From Vicugna vicugna (Eukaryota), in NCBI GenBank assembly GCA_013265495.1, contig MU059902.1, positions 3,245,862 to 3,309,861 on the forward strand: 64,000 nt of DNA, given 5' to 3'. This document shows, in pieces, positions 39,207-51,546 of this stretch (its first letter is position 1; each line of letters starts with the position of its first letter). The position numbers and the translations under genes are program-made. The notes under the pieces were generated by a model. That model made no database searches, was not told where the DNA came from, and saw nothing but the letters and a program-made list of their open reading frames with translations.

Positions 39207-40549
39207 AGGCGTTCCTGGACTTGCGGAGCCCCACGGGGGAGGGGATGGGAGGGGGACAGACAGGGAAGTTCCTCACCTCTCTCTGCTGACACCCTCCCTT
39301 AGCCCAGGCTTCGCCTCCAGGACCCCTTCTCCTTCCCAAGGGACCCCTTGTACCCTTTCTCAGTCTGTCTTTTATCCCTCTCACCCCATCACTTCCTGAG
39401 TCTGGGAGTCCCTCCCATGCCCATCTTCTCCATGCCCTGCCCCATCCAGTCTCCCTAGGTTCTGGGCCCTACCACCAGGCCCAGTGGGGGAGGTCCATGA
39501 GCCCAGCTGGCTGCAAGGCCCAATAATGACTATGGTTGAGCACCGGGCCTTCTCAGGCCTGATGAAGATGCGGAGGCCAGGAGCACCCGCCAACGAGGCC
39601 TTTCTGCGGGCTTCACGCTCTGGCCGCGCTGGCAACGCTGCATTAGTCGCCCTAATGTCGGGACAATGCAGCGATTTTCTGCCTGTGGCCACTCAAAGCC
39701 AGGCGCAGGCCAGGCCCGCAGGGGCCACGCAGCAACATGTGTCCCATTAAAGCGTGCAGCCCGCCCGCAGGGCCACAGACAGCCTACTTCTGGCTGGGGG
39801 CTCAGGACCGGGAGCAATCCTGCACCAGGGTGCAGTCTGGCTCAGGTGCCCGCTGGCCTCGCTAGGACCCATCCCAAGCTGGGGGCAAGCTACAGGCAGC
39901 CTCAGGGCAGGGCAGTCAGAATGGCCTCCCCCACTTTTACTCCTGAGTTTCCAGGTTGGACTGGACAATTCAAGCTCTGAGGACCCTTCTCCCCACCAGG
40001 GTAGGCATGGGAGTTTATTCCCCTCACCCCTGCCCCTTGGCCTTCTCTGGGTCCCTACCAATGGGAGGTGGGATGCATCTGGGGATAACACCATTCTGAA
40101 CATTTGGAGGTCCAGAATGCCAACCCCCTTTCATTATTCAGGCTGTGGCGGGAGACCCAAGGAACTCAGAGGAGGCACATGCCCCAGGATGGGCTAGACC
40201 CTATGGTAGGACTCCAGGGCAGTGCCGGCTTGGGCTTCAGGAGGATGGACTCCAGTAGCTGTGAGGGATGGGAAGACTGGCGTCCAGGGGAGTCCCTGGG
40301 TTCAAACCTACCCATCTCCCTTTTCTGGGTTCTCTTGGCTTCAGTATCATGAACATGTAGGCCCCTATTGCTGCTTGTGAAGGAGATGGGGAAACTATGG
40401 ATCCAGAAGTTCGGCAGTGGAGCCCTGGTCCCGAGGAATGAACAAATTGGTCTTTGCAGGGCCTCAGTGTGAGGGGGAGGGAAATCGCTGGGCCCTTGTG
40501 GGCCACTCCAGCTCCCTGGAGACGAGGCATCCTCTTCCCCACCCGCCCC

Positions 40550-41600
40550 CGCTCGGGGTATTGATGGGCCCTGCCCAGTAGCGACGTTCCCAGGAGCCAA
40601 GCAGCGTGGAGAATCGCGCCCCGCCCTCCTTTCACACGGAGACTTCAGCGACAGCGGCTCCGAACAGTTCTTCCGCCCCGGCCTAAGGGCCGGCCGGCCA
40701 GATCCCGGCTGGCCCCGACCTGGTGCGGGCGGTGAAGCTGCGGCTGTATTGCGGGCGCTGGCACGCGCCGGGCAGCTTTGAAGCGCCGGGGCTGGCCTGG
40801 CCCAGTGGCTTCCGCGCGCTCGCTCCAGCTTGGGGCGGTGGAGGCGCGGTACAAAGGCGCCGCAGGGCAAGCGGGAGGCGCGACCGGGTACAAAGGGGGC
40901 AGCCGAGTGTTAAGGGCATTGTGCCGGCCCCACAAAGCCGCGCCCGCGCCCGCCCCCTCGGGGCCAAACTCCGGGCGCCCCGCCGCGCGCGGGCTTCCAG
41001 CTGCTGCACATCTGCACAGAGGATGGGCGCGCGCCTCGCTCTGGCAGTCCCTCTCACTCCCTCCCCCGCTCTCTAGTCTTTCGGGCAGCCGGGCAATTTG
41101 TCCTCTAATTGTGATCCCTCCCCATAAACCGGCGCCCGAGCCTTTCAACTCCAGAGTATTAGCAAACCAATGGCCCTAGGCGCAGCTCTCGCGGCCCCGC
41201 AGCAGGGGCGCCGGGCCGGCCCCCTCTCCAGAGTTAGGGCCGCAATAAAGGGGCCCACGAGCCGTCGCCGTCTGCACCCTGGCACCTGCATCTCCTAGTG
41301 CCTCCACTCCTCTCCAGCCCTTGCCCTGAGATCCCGGCTACACTGGGTGGGGCTGCTCATGTGGGTGGCTTAGTGTTTCTTAAACAGTGGAAAATTGACC
41401 GCAAAATGCGCTAATTCGCAATGTTCTGCTTTGGCTGCCGGAGGCGAGGCCGGCCCTGGCGCCTCGGGCGGAATTCGCAGCCATCAAGCTCCGCCCCCAC
41501 CCGCTCGAAGGGCCTCCGCCTCTGCTGCTCCCCACCCCCACCCCGGCACTGCCCTCTGCGCCCCCTCCTGCCTCGGCACATCCTCGGCTGGAGTCTCCCC
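40550..41600. promoter_or_regulatory. CpG island upstream of HES3
   Basis: High CpG density. No coherent coding signal. Confidence 0.65.
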
Positions 41601-43677
41601 ACCTAGGCCTATCGCCCCCCCCTTCCTGGGTTCCCCGCTGATCTCTTACCGCAAACAGCCCCCTTGGCCCGTTCCTTGCCTTAAGTTGGCTGAGGGTCGC
41701 ACGGGACTCAAGGCTGAAAGGGATCTCCGTGCAAATTCCATCTCACCTTTTTCTTGTGCTCAGAAACCGCTTCCTCCCCACCCCACGCCTACCCTACCCC
41801 CGCCACCCCTTACCCCCAAGGTGGGCTCCATCTTCTGGGCAGCCAGTTCCCCCGCTAAGTCAAAGGCAGAGTTTTGCGTTTGGCAAGTTCATTGGGAAAG
41901 CTAGATGAGTCTTCATCGCTCTCCTTCTCGGAGACCCAGGCTGGGGCCCCCGGGGCCCACTCCCTCCCCTAATCCGTTGGCAGGTTTTGCGCCTGGGCGT
42001 CCTACACACACTGAGGCAGGCCGGGCTCCGAGGACGCATGCTGAGGCAGGGGGAGGCGTTTTCCGAGGTGGGGAGTGCGCAGCGGGTTCTCGTCGTCCTC
42101 TGAGGGCCAGCGGGACGCGGTGCTCTCCGCCTGCCGACAAGGGCATGAACCAACTTAGAAACTGGGCTTATGCGAATCAGGATGTAGGCCACAGACTCCC
42201 TTTCCATCTTTAGCCTCTGGGATTCCCAGGGGGCTTGGAAAGGAGCACAAGTCCAGGCAGAGCGTTGGGGGGACAGAGGCTGCCCTCTGTTCATTCGGAA
42301 TAATTCCTTCTATAAATTAGGAGAGCTCTGGAGACTACTCAAAACCCATTGCTTTCTCACGCTGGGGAATTTAAGGTCAAAAGTTACCTGTGCCTTTGTC
42401 TTCCCTTCCTCCATTTAGTTTTCTTGACTTTGGCAAAAGAAAGAACGTTCCAGATGCAGCCTCTCAGCCCTGGGTGGGAACCCCTTCCTTCCCACAGCCC
42501 CAGACATTTAAAGCTACACTAACTGTTAAGTGCTTCAAAGGCCACTGCCAGTGCAGTGACTGGAGGGAGAAATGTGTGTCCCCCTGCACAGATGCATTTC
42601 CAAATGGAATGAAGTGATCGCTCCATGTAATTAACTATTGGGACACAGCAAAAGCACTGAAATGACTCAGCCAATTGTCTCCAGATGGAGCTGGAGAGGC
42701 AGTGATTGTTTAACTCTCTTTAGCTGTGTTAGGACTCCGAATAGCCCGGCAGCCAAGGGCCCTCCAGGGGACAAAGCCTGGGACTCCCGTGAGTGCATCA
42801 ACACTGAACCGGGCTGGCCCAGCACAGAGAAAGTGAATTCCGGGAGACCCTCATTGTCCCAGCCTTTTGTGCTTCTCCCCAGCTGGCTCTAATCTTTAAA
42901 TATTTACCCGGCCCCTTTGTGCACATATGACTTATGCACTTCAGGCTGATATGCTCATAAATTATGCGTCATTTACCAGACTAGAGAGGGGGGCTCTCAT
43001 GCCTGGAGCTGGGAATGGCCGGGGGGGGGAAGGTGGGCTTTTAGAGGACTAGAGCAAGCTGCAGCCACACTGGGCAGGTACCTCCTAGCCTCTACGTGGG
43101 AAGTGGACGGGGCACAGACCTGTGAGTGACAAGGAGTCCCAGGAGGGCGCTCTAACAATGCCCGACTGGAGGCCCACCTGCGGGGAGGAGGGAGAGGCAG
43201 AGTTCCTGAACTGTTTCCTATTTGGGGTCAGGCTAGGACAGGGGCAGACTGTTCATCCCGGAAGCTGGTGTGCGTTGAGGTGTTTGGTTAATACCCCAGC
43301 CTTACACCTGCCTCCCACTTGCTCTGAGCATCCCGCCTTCCTACATTTCCTCTTGCTCAGTAAAGAAACCCTGTTCCAGAAAAGGGAGTCTAATTTCATC
43401 TCAGCCTGCAGTTTAACTTGGAAAAGTTAACATCATTCTGAGGGCTCTTAAACAGGTGGGATCCCCCCTTGGGCCCAGGATGGAAAGCCACCTCAGCTGG
43501 TGGGTGGATGGCTGGATGGGGGCAGGGAGGCCCTAGAGAGGGATCTTCCTGCATGAGAAAGGGACCCCTTTGTGCTTGCCTCACAGCTCCTAGAACAAAA
43601 CACATTCAAATGCTTATTTAGAGGGGAGGGGGGTACGAAAAAGAAGACAAGCAAGGCATCCCCAGGCTGAGTTATTT

Positions 43678-43678
43678 T

Positions 43679-43746
<68 letters not shown>

Positions 43747-43748
43747 TT
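43678..43748 (+). repeat. (TTTC)n tetranucleotide microsatellite, about 17 units
   Basis: Direct inspection. Confidence 0.95.
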
Positions 43749-44369
43749 TGGTGTAAGTTTGTTGTTCCTTTAGCCTGGGGGATGACAAGCTAGGGTGACA
43801 CTGGAGAACTGGTGCAGAGTGGATTTGTTTGATCAGATTGCTTTCCTCTCTGGTGGGAAAGCAGGTCTCTGTGTTTGTCTTTCAGTCTGTGTGAAGTACT
43901 GTTTTTCTGTGCGCCTGTCCGGATCTCTGTGTGACTTTGTTCCTCTGGGTCTATGCCAGTGCATGCACACTTTTGCCTACTTGCCTTCCTCCTCCGTCAC
44001 TGCTCTGTGAACTCTGGGCCTGACAGACTCAGCAACTCCAGTGACTTCTAAAAATTCCCCTTCCCTCTGGTCTGGCCCTACCTGGGCGGGGGTTGCCTCC
44101 CCTTTTTTCTCCCTCCCCAAGATGGTACTGACGGAGAGGTATGGTCTAAGAAGACTTGATGGGCAGAGGAGAGAGGGCAGCTCCTGCCCACCAGTCTGGA
44201 TTACATGTTACTCTGTGCCCCTCCCCCAGAACAAGGGACTGTCCCTGTGGGGTAAATCAGGACCATAAGTCAACATGGAGAGTAGAGGCCAATGGCCAGA
44301 AAAGGAGCTTCCTGGGAGCAGCCCTCTGCCCCGGAACCAGACTCACTCCCAGGAGTGAAGATGCAGCGA

Positions 44370-44385
44370 GCACCCTCTAGTGGCC
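44370..44385 (-). promoter_or_regulatory. Candidate CTCF site
   Basis: Minus strand reads GGCCACTAGAGGGTGC, a close match to the CTCF core. It lies between HES3 and ICMT. Confidence 0.55.
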
Positions 44386-45649
44386 CTAAGGTGTTCTGGC
44401 GATGAGGGAGAGGTCCTGAGTGGGGCAGACGGTAGAAACTGGGGGGCAGTAGCAGGAAGCCCTGGCTCTCAGCCCCCGGAAACAGTCCAGACCTTCCTTC
44501 CCACATGCCACTGCAACTGGGTGACTTTGGACTGTAAAACATTAAATCTCCTTTCAGCTCCCATTAACCAAGTTTGTTCAAAAGTTTTCTGAGCACCATT
44601 TAAATGTGATGCTGGCCTTGCACAGCATCATCAGTACGAGCCTGTGAAATCAGGGTCCCCATTTTACAGGACGGAGAGACCCATAGAGTTGATTTGCCCA
44701 GGTCACAAAGCTGCTGAGGCAGGCTCTCTCCATTCTTCCCTGAACTCAACTGTCCAGACAGCAGGCCTCCTGCCAGGTTCTGCAGGGACAGAGGAGGGTA
44801 GGGTGGCCAGGGGCTCATATGCAGGGCTGGGCTGACGGCAGCTCACAGCCCACCTGACCTTATCGCTCTCTGACCCACCACTCTCGGTTCCAGCCTCCCT
44901 CAGGGCCTGTCCCCTATTCAGCTTCAGGCATGCTTCCTTCTGCCTCTGTGTCTGCAAACTCGATGCCCTCCCTCCCTGTGGACGCCCTTGCTCTCATTTT
45001 CAGTGGCAAGCAGCCTGCCAGTCCCTGAGGGCCCCAACTCCTAGCTCCAGCATTTCTTCCATGCAGACTCCTAACCCTCCCATCCAAGTCCTTTCCCTGG
45101 GTCCCTCTCATTTCTCTGTATCCCTACTTGGCTCCTGCCTCCCTCCCACCCTGTTACAGTTTATTTTAGTCACCTGCTTACTTGCCTTCCTCCTCCCTCA
45201 TTCCTCTGTGAGCACCTGGTAGTGGAAGCATTTACTGCTTTTAAAAAGTAAGGAACAGTGTCTAAGGATAACATACATATACGATGTAAATATCATATAA
45301 AAGTAGTATATATTGATTGTGGACCATATGGAAAATACAAACGCATATAAAGAACACAATAAAAGCCACCCAGAGTCCTAACACCTGAAGATTATCACTG
45401 TGAAATAATTTTGGCTTCTATTTCATTTTCCCAGGCTCACACATATACTTTTGTTTTTCCCAAGTGAAGTCAGGATCCCCCTGTAAAGTTTTGATTTCTG
45501 CCTTTTAGCATTTCCACCGTAGGCCAACATTCTCCCTCAACACGAACTGCAGTGGGTGGTCATCTCGCTGCGTGGGGGCCAGTGCTGCGATTTCAGGCTG
45601 CCCCAAGGGCAGTGTCCCCGCAGCCCGGGCACCCAGCGAGCACTCCGAA

Positions 45650-46520
45650 ACCCTGCGGGGGGCGGGCAGTCCCTGCGCAAGGACCCCGCGGGGCGAGGTC
45701 GGATGGAGGTGGCTCGCCCACCCGAGTCCGAGAGCCAAAAGGTGTCAGTTTCTGGGAGGACCGCACGGGGCCGACGAGGGCGGGGTCCCTTCAGATTTCA
45801 CCGGACAGGGACATTCTGGAGTTTGGGGCCGACTCCTGGCAGACGCCGGCGGCGACTTCTCGGCCCAGGACCCGGGCGCCCGGCGGCCCCGCCCGCCACC
45901 TGCCGCTCGCCTCTCGGACTGGGTCAGGTGTCCCTTGGGGACGGCAGGGCGGGGCCGCGGGGAGGGGCGCTCCCGCCAAATTCGGGCCCCAACCCAGCCG
46001 CGCGGCAGTATCGCGAGAGCTCGCGGGCGGCGCGCAGGTCCGGGCGGCTGCCCTTCCCGGCCGGCGTCGGCGGCGCAGTGCGCAGGCGCGGCGGGCGGGT
46101 TTCCCCGGGCTACAGCCGGCGCCAGCGCCTGCNNNNNNNNNNNNNNNNNNNNNNNNNNNNNNNNNNNNNNNNNNNNNNNNNNNNNNNNNNNNNNNNNNNN
46201 NNNNNNNNNNNNNNNNNNNNNNNNNNNNNNNNNNNNNNNNNNNNNNNNNNNNNNNNNNNNNNNNNNNNNNNNNNNNNNNNNNNNNNNNNNNNNNNNNNNN
46301 NNNNNNNNNNNNNNNNNNNNTGCTCTACCGGCCGCCGCGCTACCAGGTTCGGGCCAGGCCGGGGCGGGGCGAGGACCGGGGCCGGGGCGGGGGTCAGGGC
46401 GAGGGTCGGCGGGCCGGGCGCGGCGAGTGGGCACTGTCTTCCGGGTGTCGAGGTCTGGGTCGGCTGAGAGCCCGGCCCGCGAGAGGGGCTGCCTCCCCCG
46501 GCCGTGTTCTTGAGCAGCAT
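45650..46520 (+). promoter_or_regulatory. ICMT: CpG island / ICMT promoter
   Basis: CpG-dense, with GC boxes (GGGGCGGGGC), surrounding ICMT exon 1. Confidence 0.8.
46133..46320. other. Assembly gap (188 N) covering most of ICMT coding exon 1
   Basis: Run of N in the sequence. Confidence 0.99.
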
Positions 46521-49500
46521 CAAGTTCAGGTGGCAGGAGGAACCCCTCCTCTCCAGTTTGGGGGGGCGTGGGGCCCCTCTACCTGGAAGAGTGGGTGGGA
46601 AACTGCAGTTGGTGCGATTCAGCATGTGCGGCTGATGCGCGTGGGGCGGGGAGTGAGCGGGCCCACGAGTTCTTTTATGTAATTTAAGGTGTGGAGAACT
46701 ACCTGCTGTCAAGTCTGAGGTCAAAGGCCCCGCAGTTACGTGCAGGGGGCTGGGCGCAGAATCCCGGGTGCCCCGACCCGATTCGCTGCGTGGACTTGAG
46801 AGAATCCGGCCAATAAGCTAGGTTTACGCAGTTTTCCCACAGCCCAGAATAACAATAATCATAAGTAATGGTAGCTGCAACTTATGTAGCGCTTACTCTT
46901 AAGTGTTTTACGTGGGTAATCCTCCGAGGCGGGTACTGTTGGCCACCCCCGTTGTGTAGATGGGGAAACCGATGTCCAGAGAGGTTAAGTAACTTCCTAA
47001 GGCCACAGAGCCAGAGAGGGGCGGGCTTGGGGTCGGAACCCGGGCAGTCCTGCTTCACCCTGTTAATCTCTGAGCAAATTGGCTCTCCGTACTTGCCAGT
47101 GGCCTGCTTATCCCAGGAAGTGGGATGTGTGCTCTGAGAACAGCCAGGTGACTGAGCTTCTTTTGGGTCCGTTTCAGATAGCCATCCGAGCCTGTTTCCT
47201 TGGCTTTGTGTTTGGCTGTGGAGTGCTGCTAAGTTTTAGCCAGTCTTCTTGGAATCACTTTGGCTGGTAAGGAGTGCTTTGGAAATGATAGTTTTGAGGT
47301 GAGGGTGGGTGGATCAGAGGGTCAGGAGGGATGTTTCTGCACCCCTGGCTGGCTGGCTGGCTGGCTGGCTGGGGGCTATTGAGGGTTCTAAGGAAATGAG
47401 ATCTCTAGCGTCCACCTAGATTCCCACATCTCGGACCTTGACAGCTTGTGCCCATTGGTTCCTTCTGCTGCAGGTGGAAACAGGTCTCCCTGGCACCCTC
47501 CCCATAGGCGCTCTGCAGCTGCAGCCCATTGAGTAATGTGACCAGCCCTTCCCAGAAGAGGGTGCAGGTCCTCAGTGACAGGAAGGGGCAAGGCTCTGGC
47601 TCGTCTTCAACAGGCCTTTTCCGTTTCTATTAGGTCACATCTAGTGCATCCCCCACGGCCAGTGTAGGATTTTTCCCTACACTATGATTTCAGTCCCTTG
47701 AGCCTTCTAGTCCCTGACCTGGATATGAACCAGTGGCTTCAAGGTAAAAAGCTTTATCTCCTATTATCAGTACTCTGAGCCATCTAATCCTTCTTTGCCA
47801 GAATTATTTCAGTTTTTTGAATTTTTGTATTTGACATACATCACTACTTTATTTTGATATTTCCCTCTTTCATGTTTTCCTGTGTGTAGTGTCATTTTTT
47901 TTAAAAAAAGGCTGAAGGCCCATAATGCCTTCCTAGCCTATGTTTTTTTTTTTGTTGTTGTTGTTTTTTTCCCCCCTCCTGTGACATGCAAAAACGTGGT
48001 CCCTTTAAACCCCACTTTCTGCAAACCTCAAGGAGTGATGGATGCTACATGTGGGTGCCTGATGTCCACTCTCAGACAGGTGACAACAGGACCTCATCAT
48101 AGAATTCAGGGACAGTTCAGACCAAATCTGTACTTTGACTTCTGGCTAAGTTGGTTCCCTTGCCCCAGCTTACCTCTCTTCCGTTTTGGTTTTAAATAGG
48201 TACATGTGCTCCCTGTCACTGTTCCACTATTCCGAATACTTAGTCACGGCAGTCAACAATCCCAAGAGTCTGTCCTTGGATTCCTTTCTCCTGAATCACA
48301 GTCTGGAGTATACAGTAGCTGCCCTTTCTTCTTGGATAGAGTTCACACTTGAAAATATCTTTTGGCCAGGTCAGTGTGCCCTACTTACCCTTCTGGCGGG
48401 GGGACAGGTGGCTCCCACGGGGTGCCTGAGGACAGTGACGTGGGTGCACTTCTCAGGTCTAATCTCCCAAGTGACTTTCCCCAGACCTCTGTCCTCACTA
48501 AGCTCTTTATAACGGCCAGGCTCTGCTTGTGAATTCTGCTTCTGGATTTTGAATGGAGGACACGTTGACCTTTCGCTTTAAGCCCTGAATAACATAGTGC
48601 ACCATCTAACGTGAAGCCCCAACTTTTGATAAAATTAATCCCAGTTTTATAGTCAGGAGATTTGGATCTATCCATTTTCTGTGTTCTTGTGAAGATTTCA
48701 TTAGCAAAAAACCACTGCATCTGGAACCCACCCTCACACCGAACTTTCCACAGCAAGTTAAAGAAAGTGTATGTAGTTCCCAGGATTTGGTAAAGGGCTA
48801 AGGCAGGAAACGCTGGCTCCACCTCTGCCTCACTTAGCTGACCTTGTCCCCAAAGGCAGGGTGGGAGCGTGTGGCAGGGCGATGTGGCCTGAGAGCCCAT
48901 CAGCTCTTTGCCACGAGGCTCTGACTGCGCTTTGGGAGCTTCAAAGTACATGGATGGACAGCGCAACTTAGGGGAGTGTGTTTTGCTTATAGTTAAATTT
49001 TAATGCGATGACAAGTGCTGGCTGCCCACTAGCATGTTTTCTAGTGTTCCTATATTTGGGAAAATTGGTTCATTTTAAGCATCCAAAGGGGGAACCCAAC
49101 AATCCGGGGTCTTCACTTCCCATTTGTCACCTCATCTCCCTGGCAGAGCTGAAGCAGATCACCTGGCTCAGCACCACGGGGCTGCTGATGGTGGTCTTTG
49201 GAGAATGTCTGAGGAAGGCAGCGATGTTTACAGCTGGTTCCAATTTCAACCACGTGGTGCAGAATGAAAAATCAGAAACTCACACTCTGGTGACCAGCGG
49301 AGTATACGCTTGGTTCCGGCATCCTTCCTATGTTGGGTGGTTTTACTGGAGCATCGGAACCCAGGTATAGTATCAGATGCAATACTGGTCTCATTTAAAG
49401 TTCTTTAAAATGTGTTTTCAATTGACGTATAATTCCCATACCATTTCCAAGTGTACACTTCAGTGGGTTTCAGTGTATTTACAGAGTTGTTGGTCCTCTT

Positions 49501-51546
49501 AAAGAGGTACAAGGGTTCCCTGCCGTGTTTCCAGTGTTAAAGCCAAAAGAATTGATTTAGTTCTTAACTTTCTTTTTTTGCTGTATACTTAAGATCTGGG
49601 AGTCCTAAACTTGTAAACACTTGGTGAATCTGGGTGCAGTCACTCCATCTGTCGTGCCTCTCTCCTGCCTCTTTACCCTAGATCTGGATCTGAGTTACTC
49701 AGATCAGTGGGGTGAGGGCCCTCTGCCACTCCCTAGGCAGCTTAGCTGGTTTTCATTAGAAGCTGCTGTTGATGAGGTCAAGGTCATGTGTCAGGCTGAA
49801 CATGAGTGAAGGAGGCTTGTTCTGTCTCAGGCTGCAGATCGAGCCGTGTTTCTTGACAACTGTCTCTGGAGTCTGTTCTCTTAGTCCTAGAAGGTCTTGG
49901 CCAGAGAATGTGCATAGAGCTTAGAAGACTCATCACCTGTTTGGGAAAATCCATTCTGGGCCCCCAGGCATCCCACTGAGGTTCATGGTGCCTGGGGACG
50001 CTCTAGTGACCCCAGTGGTATGGTAGGGGTAGGTTACTACACAGCATTTATTTTGAAACTTGCATTTTTGAAACTTAAGACTCCCGTATTGGCAGTCACA
50101 TTCCCTGGGAACAAACTGATTGTAGTTGAATCATGTAATTTGCCGTAAATGCTAACTAATAAACTCAGCGCTCTAGGACTAAAGAGTTTTTCATACCTCT
50201 TGGACCATAGATCTTTTTACACCATGACCCAGCACACACGTTTGTATAAAAACGGAATAAATCTTTCCTGGAACAGACATTTACCCTTACTGTGTACACA
50301 GCACTCTGTTTTCTATCTTACTGTTATTTGTAAAGCTGTTTATGGTGCACTGAATTGATTCCATGGCTCCGTAACAGGTTGTGGCCTGAGATTGGGAAAG
50401 CCCGCTACAGGGCACGCTGGAAACTGCCCGTGTCTGCCAGCCGTGACGGCTCAGGCTCTGGGGTCACTGGCTGGGCCCGTCCTGGCTCTGACACTCACCG
50501 ACTGGCTTCCCTCCCCTCATGAGTTCATTGGGGACAGCGGTGCTCCCGCAGGCTTGCTCTGGGGGTTGAATGGCTTGGTGGTGGTCGTGATGAGCTTGGC
50601 GTGTGTTGGGAACACAACAGGCGCTCAGTAAACTGGTGAGAATGAGAAGGAGGGGCATGTGCCTGGCCCTCTCGGCGGAATCACCCACCTGGGGAAGACA
50701 TGCGTCCCGAAAGGGTCCACCGGAGTTGGGGGGTTGTGGTCAGTGGGCTCCCTGAGCTGCGCAGAGGAAGTGGGCCAAGGAGCTGCTTGCCCGGGTTCCA
50801 AAGCCATCCTGGGGAGATGTGGTTTAGGCCTTGGTGGAGCAGGGGTGCAAGCTGATGAAAGAAGTGGTTTGGGCAGCTCAGCTGGGTAGCAGTGTGTTGA
50901 GTACATGGGAGCCTGTGGGGGCCGGGCAGCTGTGGGGTTGGAGGGAGCGCGTCAGGGTGTATGTGGCCAGGACAGGAAGGAATGTGCTGGGAGCCCCTCG
51001 GGAAGGCGGTGGTGCATGGAATTGGGGATTCATACACTGAGGTGGGGGAGGAGTTGCTGTCACCCCTACCTGAGGGTTGAAATCCAAGAGGTTGATCTTT
51101 CTTTTTAATGTTTAGGTATCAGGTAAGAAGAACAACAGAAAAGCATATGGAAAAAAAAGAAATGGTGATGAATGTTTAGTTCTGTTGTGAAAGTGATGAT
51201 GTGATTTTGGTTAGTGGCGCCCTGGCCCTGGCGCTCAGAGGTAGCATTTGGAGAGTCTGTCAGGCACTTTCCCTGTGAGTGTGGGAGAGCCACAGAGGCC
51301 GCTAAAGTTCACGGAATCGAATCACACTGACCTGGACCCCCTAACCTCGTGTTCCTCCGACAGGTCATGCTGTGTAACCCCATCTGTGGCGTGAGCTACG
51401 CTCTGACCGTGTGGCGATTCTTCCGCGACCGGACAGAAGAGGAGGAAATCTCACTGATTCACTTTTTTGGAGAGGAGTACCTGGAGTATAAGAAGCGAGT
51501 GCCCACGGGCCTGCCTTTTATAAAGGGGGTCAAGGTGGAGCTATGA
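46321..51546 (+). CDS. ICMT: Isoprenylcysteine carboxyl methyltransferase, 5'-partial: join(<46321..46346,47178..47266,48200..48369,49147..49364,51364..51546); start codon in the N gap (about 46152 if gap size is right)
   Basis: ...LYRPPRYQ|IAIRACFLGFVFGCGVLLSFSQSSWNHFGW|YMCSLSLFHYSEYL...IFWP|ELKQITWL...FRHPSYVGWFYWSIGTQ|VMLCNPIC...RTEEEE...PTGLPFIKGVKVEL*. Contains the ICMT motifs RHPxY and RxxxEE. GT-AG junctions are in frame. Confidence 0.97.
46850..47065 (+). mobile_element. MIR SINE (ICMT intron 1)
   Basis: 'aataatcataagtaatggtagctgcaacttatgtagcgcttac...agatggggaaaccgatgtccagagaggttaagtaacttcctaaggccacag'. Confidence 0.75.
47347..47370 (+). repeat. (GGCT)6 microsatellite
   Basis: Direct inspection. 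Confidence 0.85.

Noticed and set aside
45552-46682. Long ORFs across the ICMT promoter
   Set aside because: Artefacts of the N gap plus CpG-island composition.
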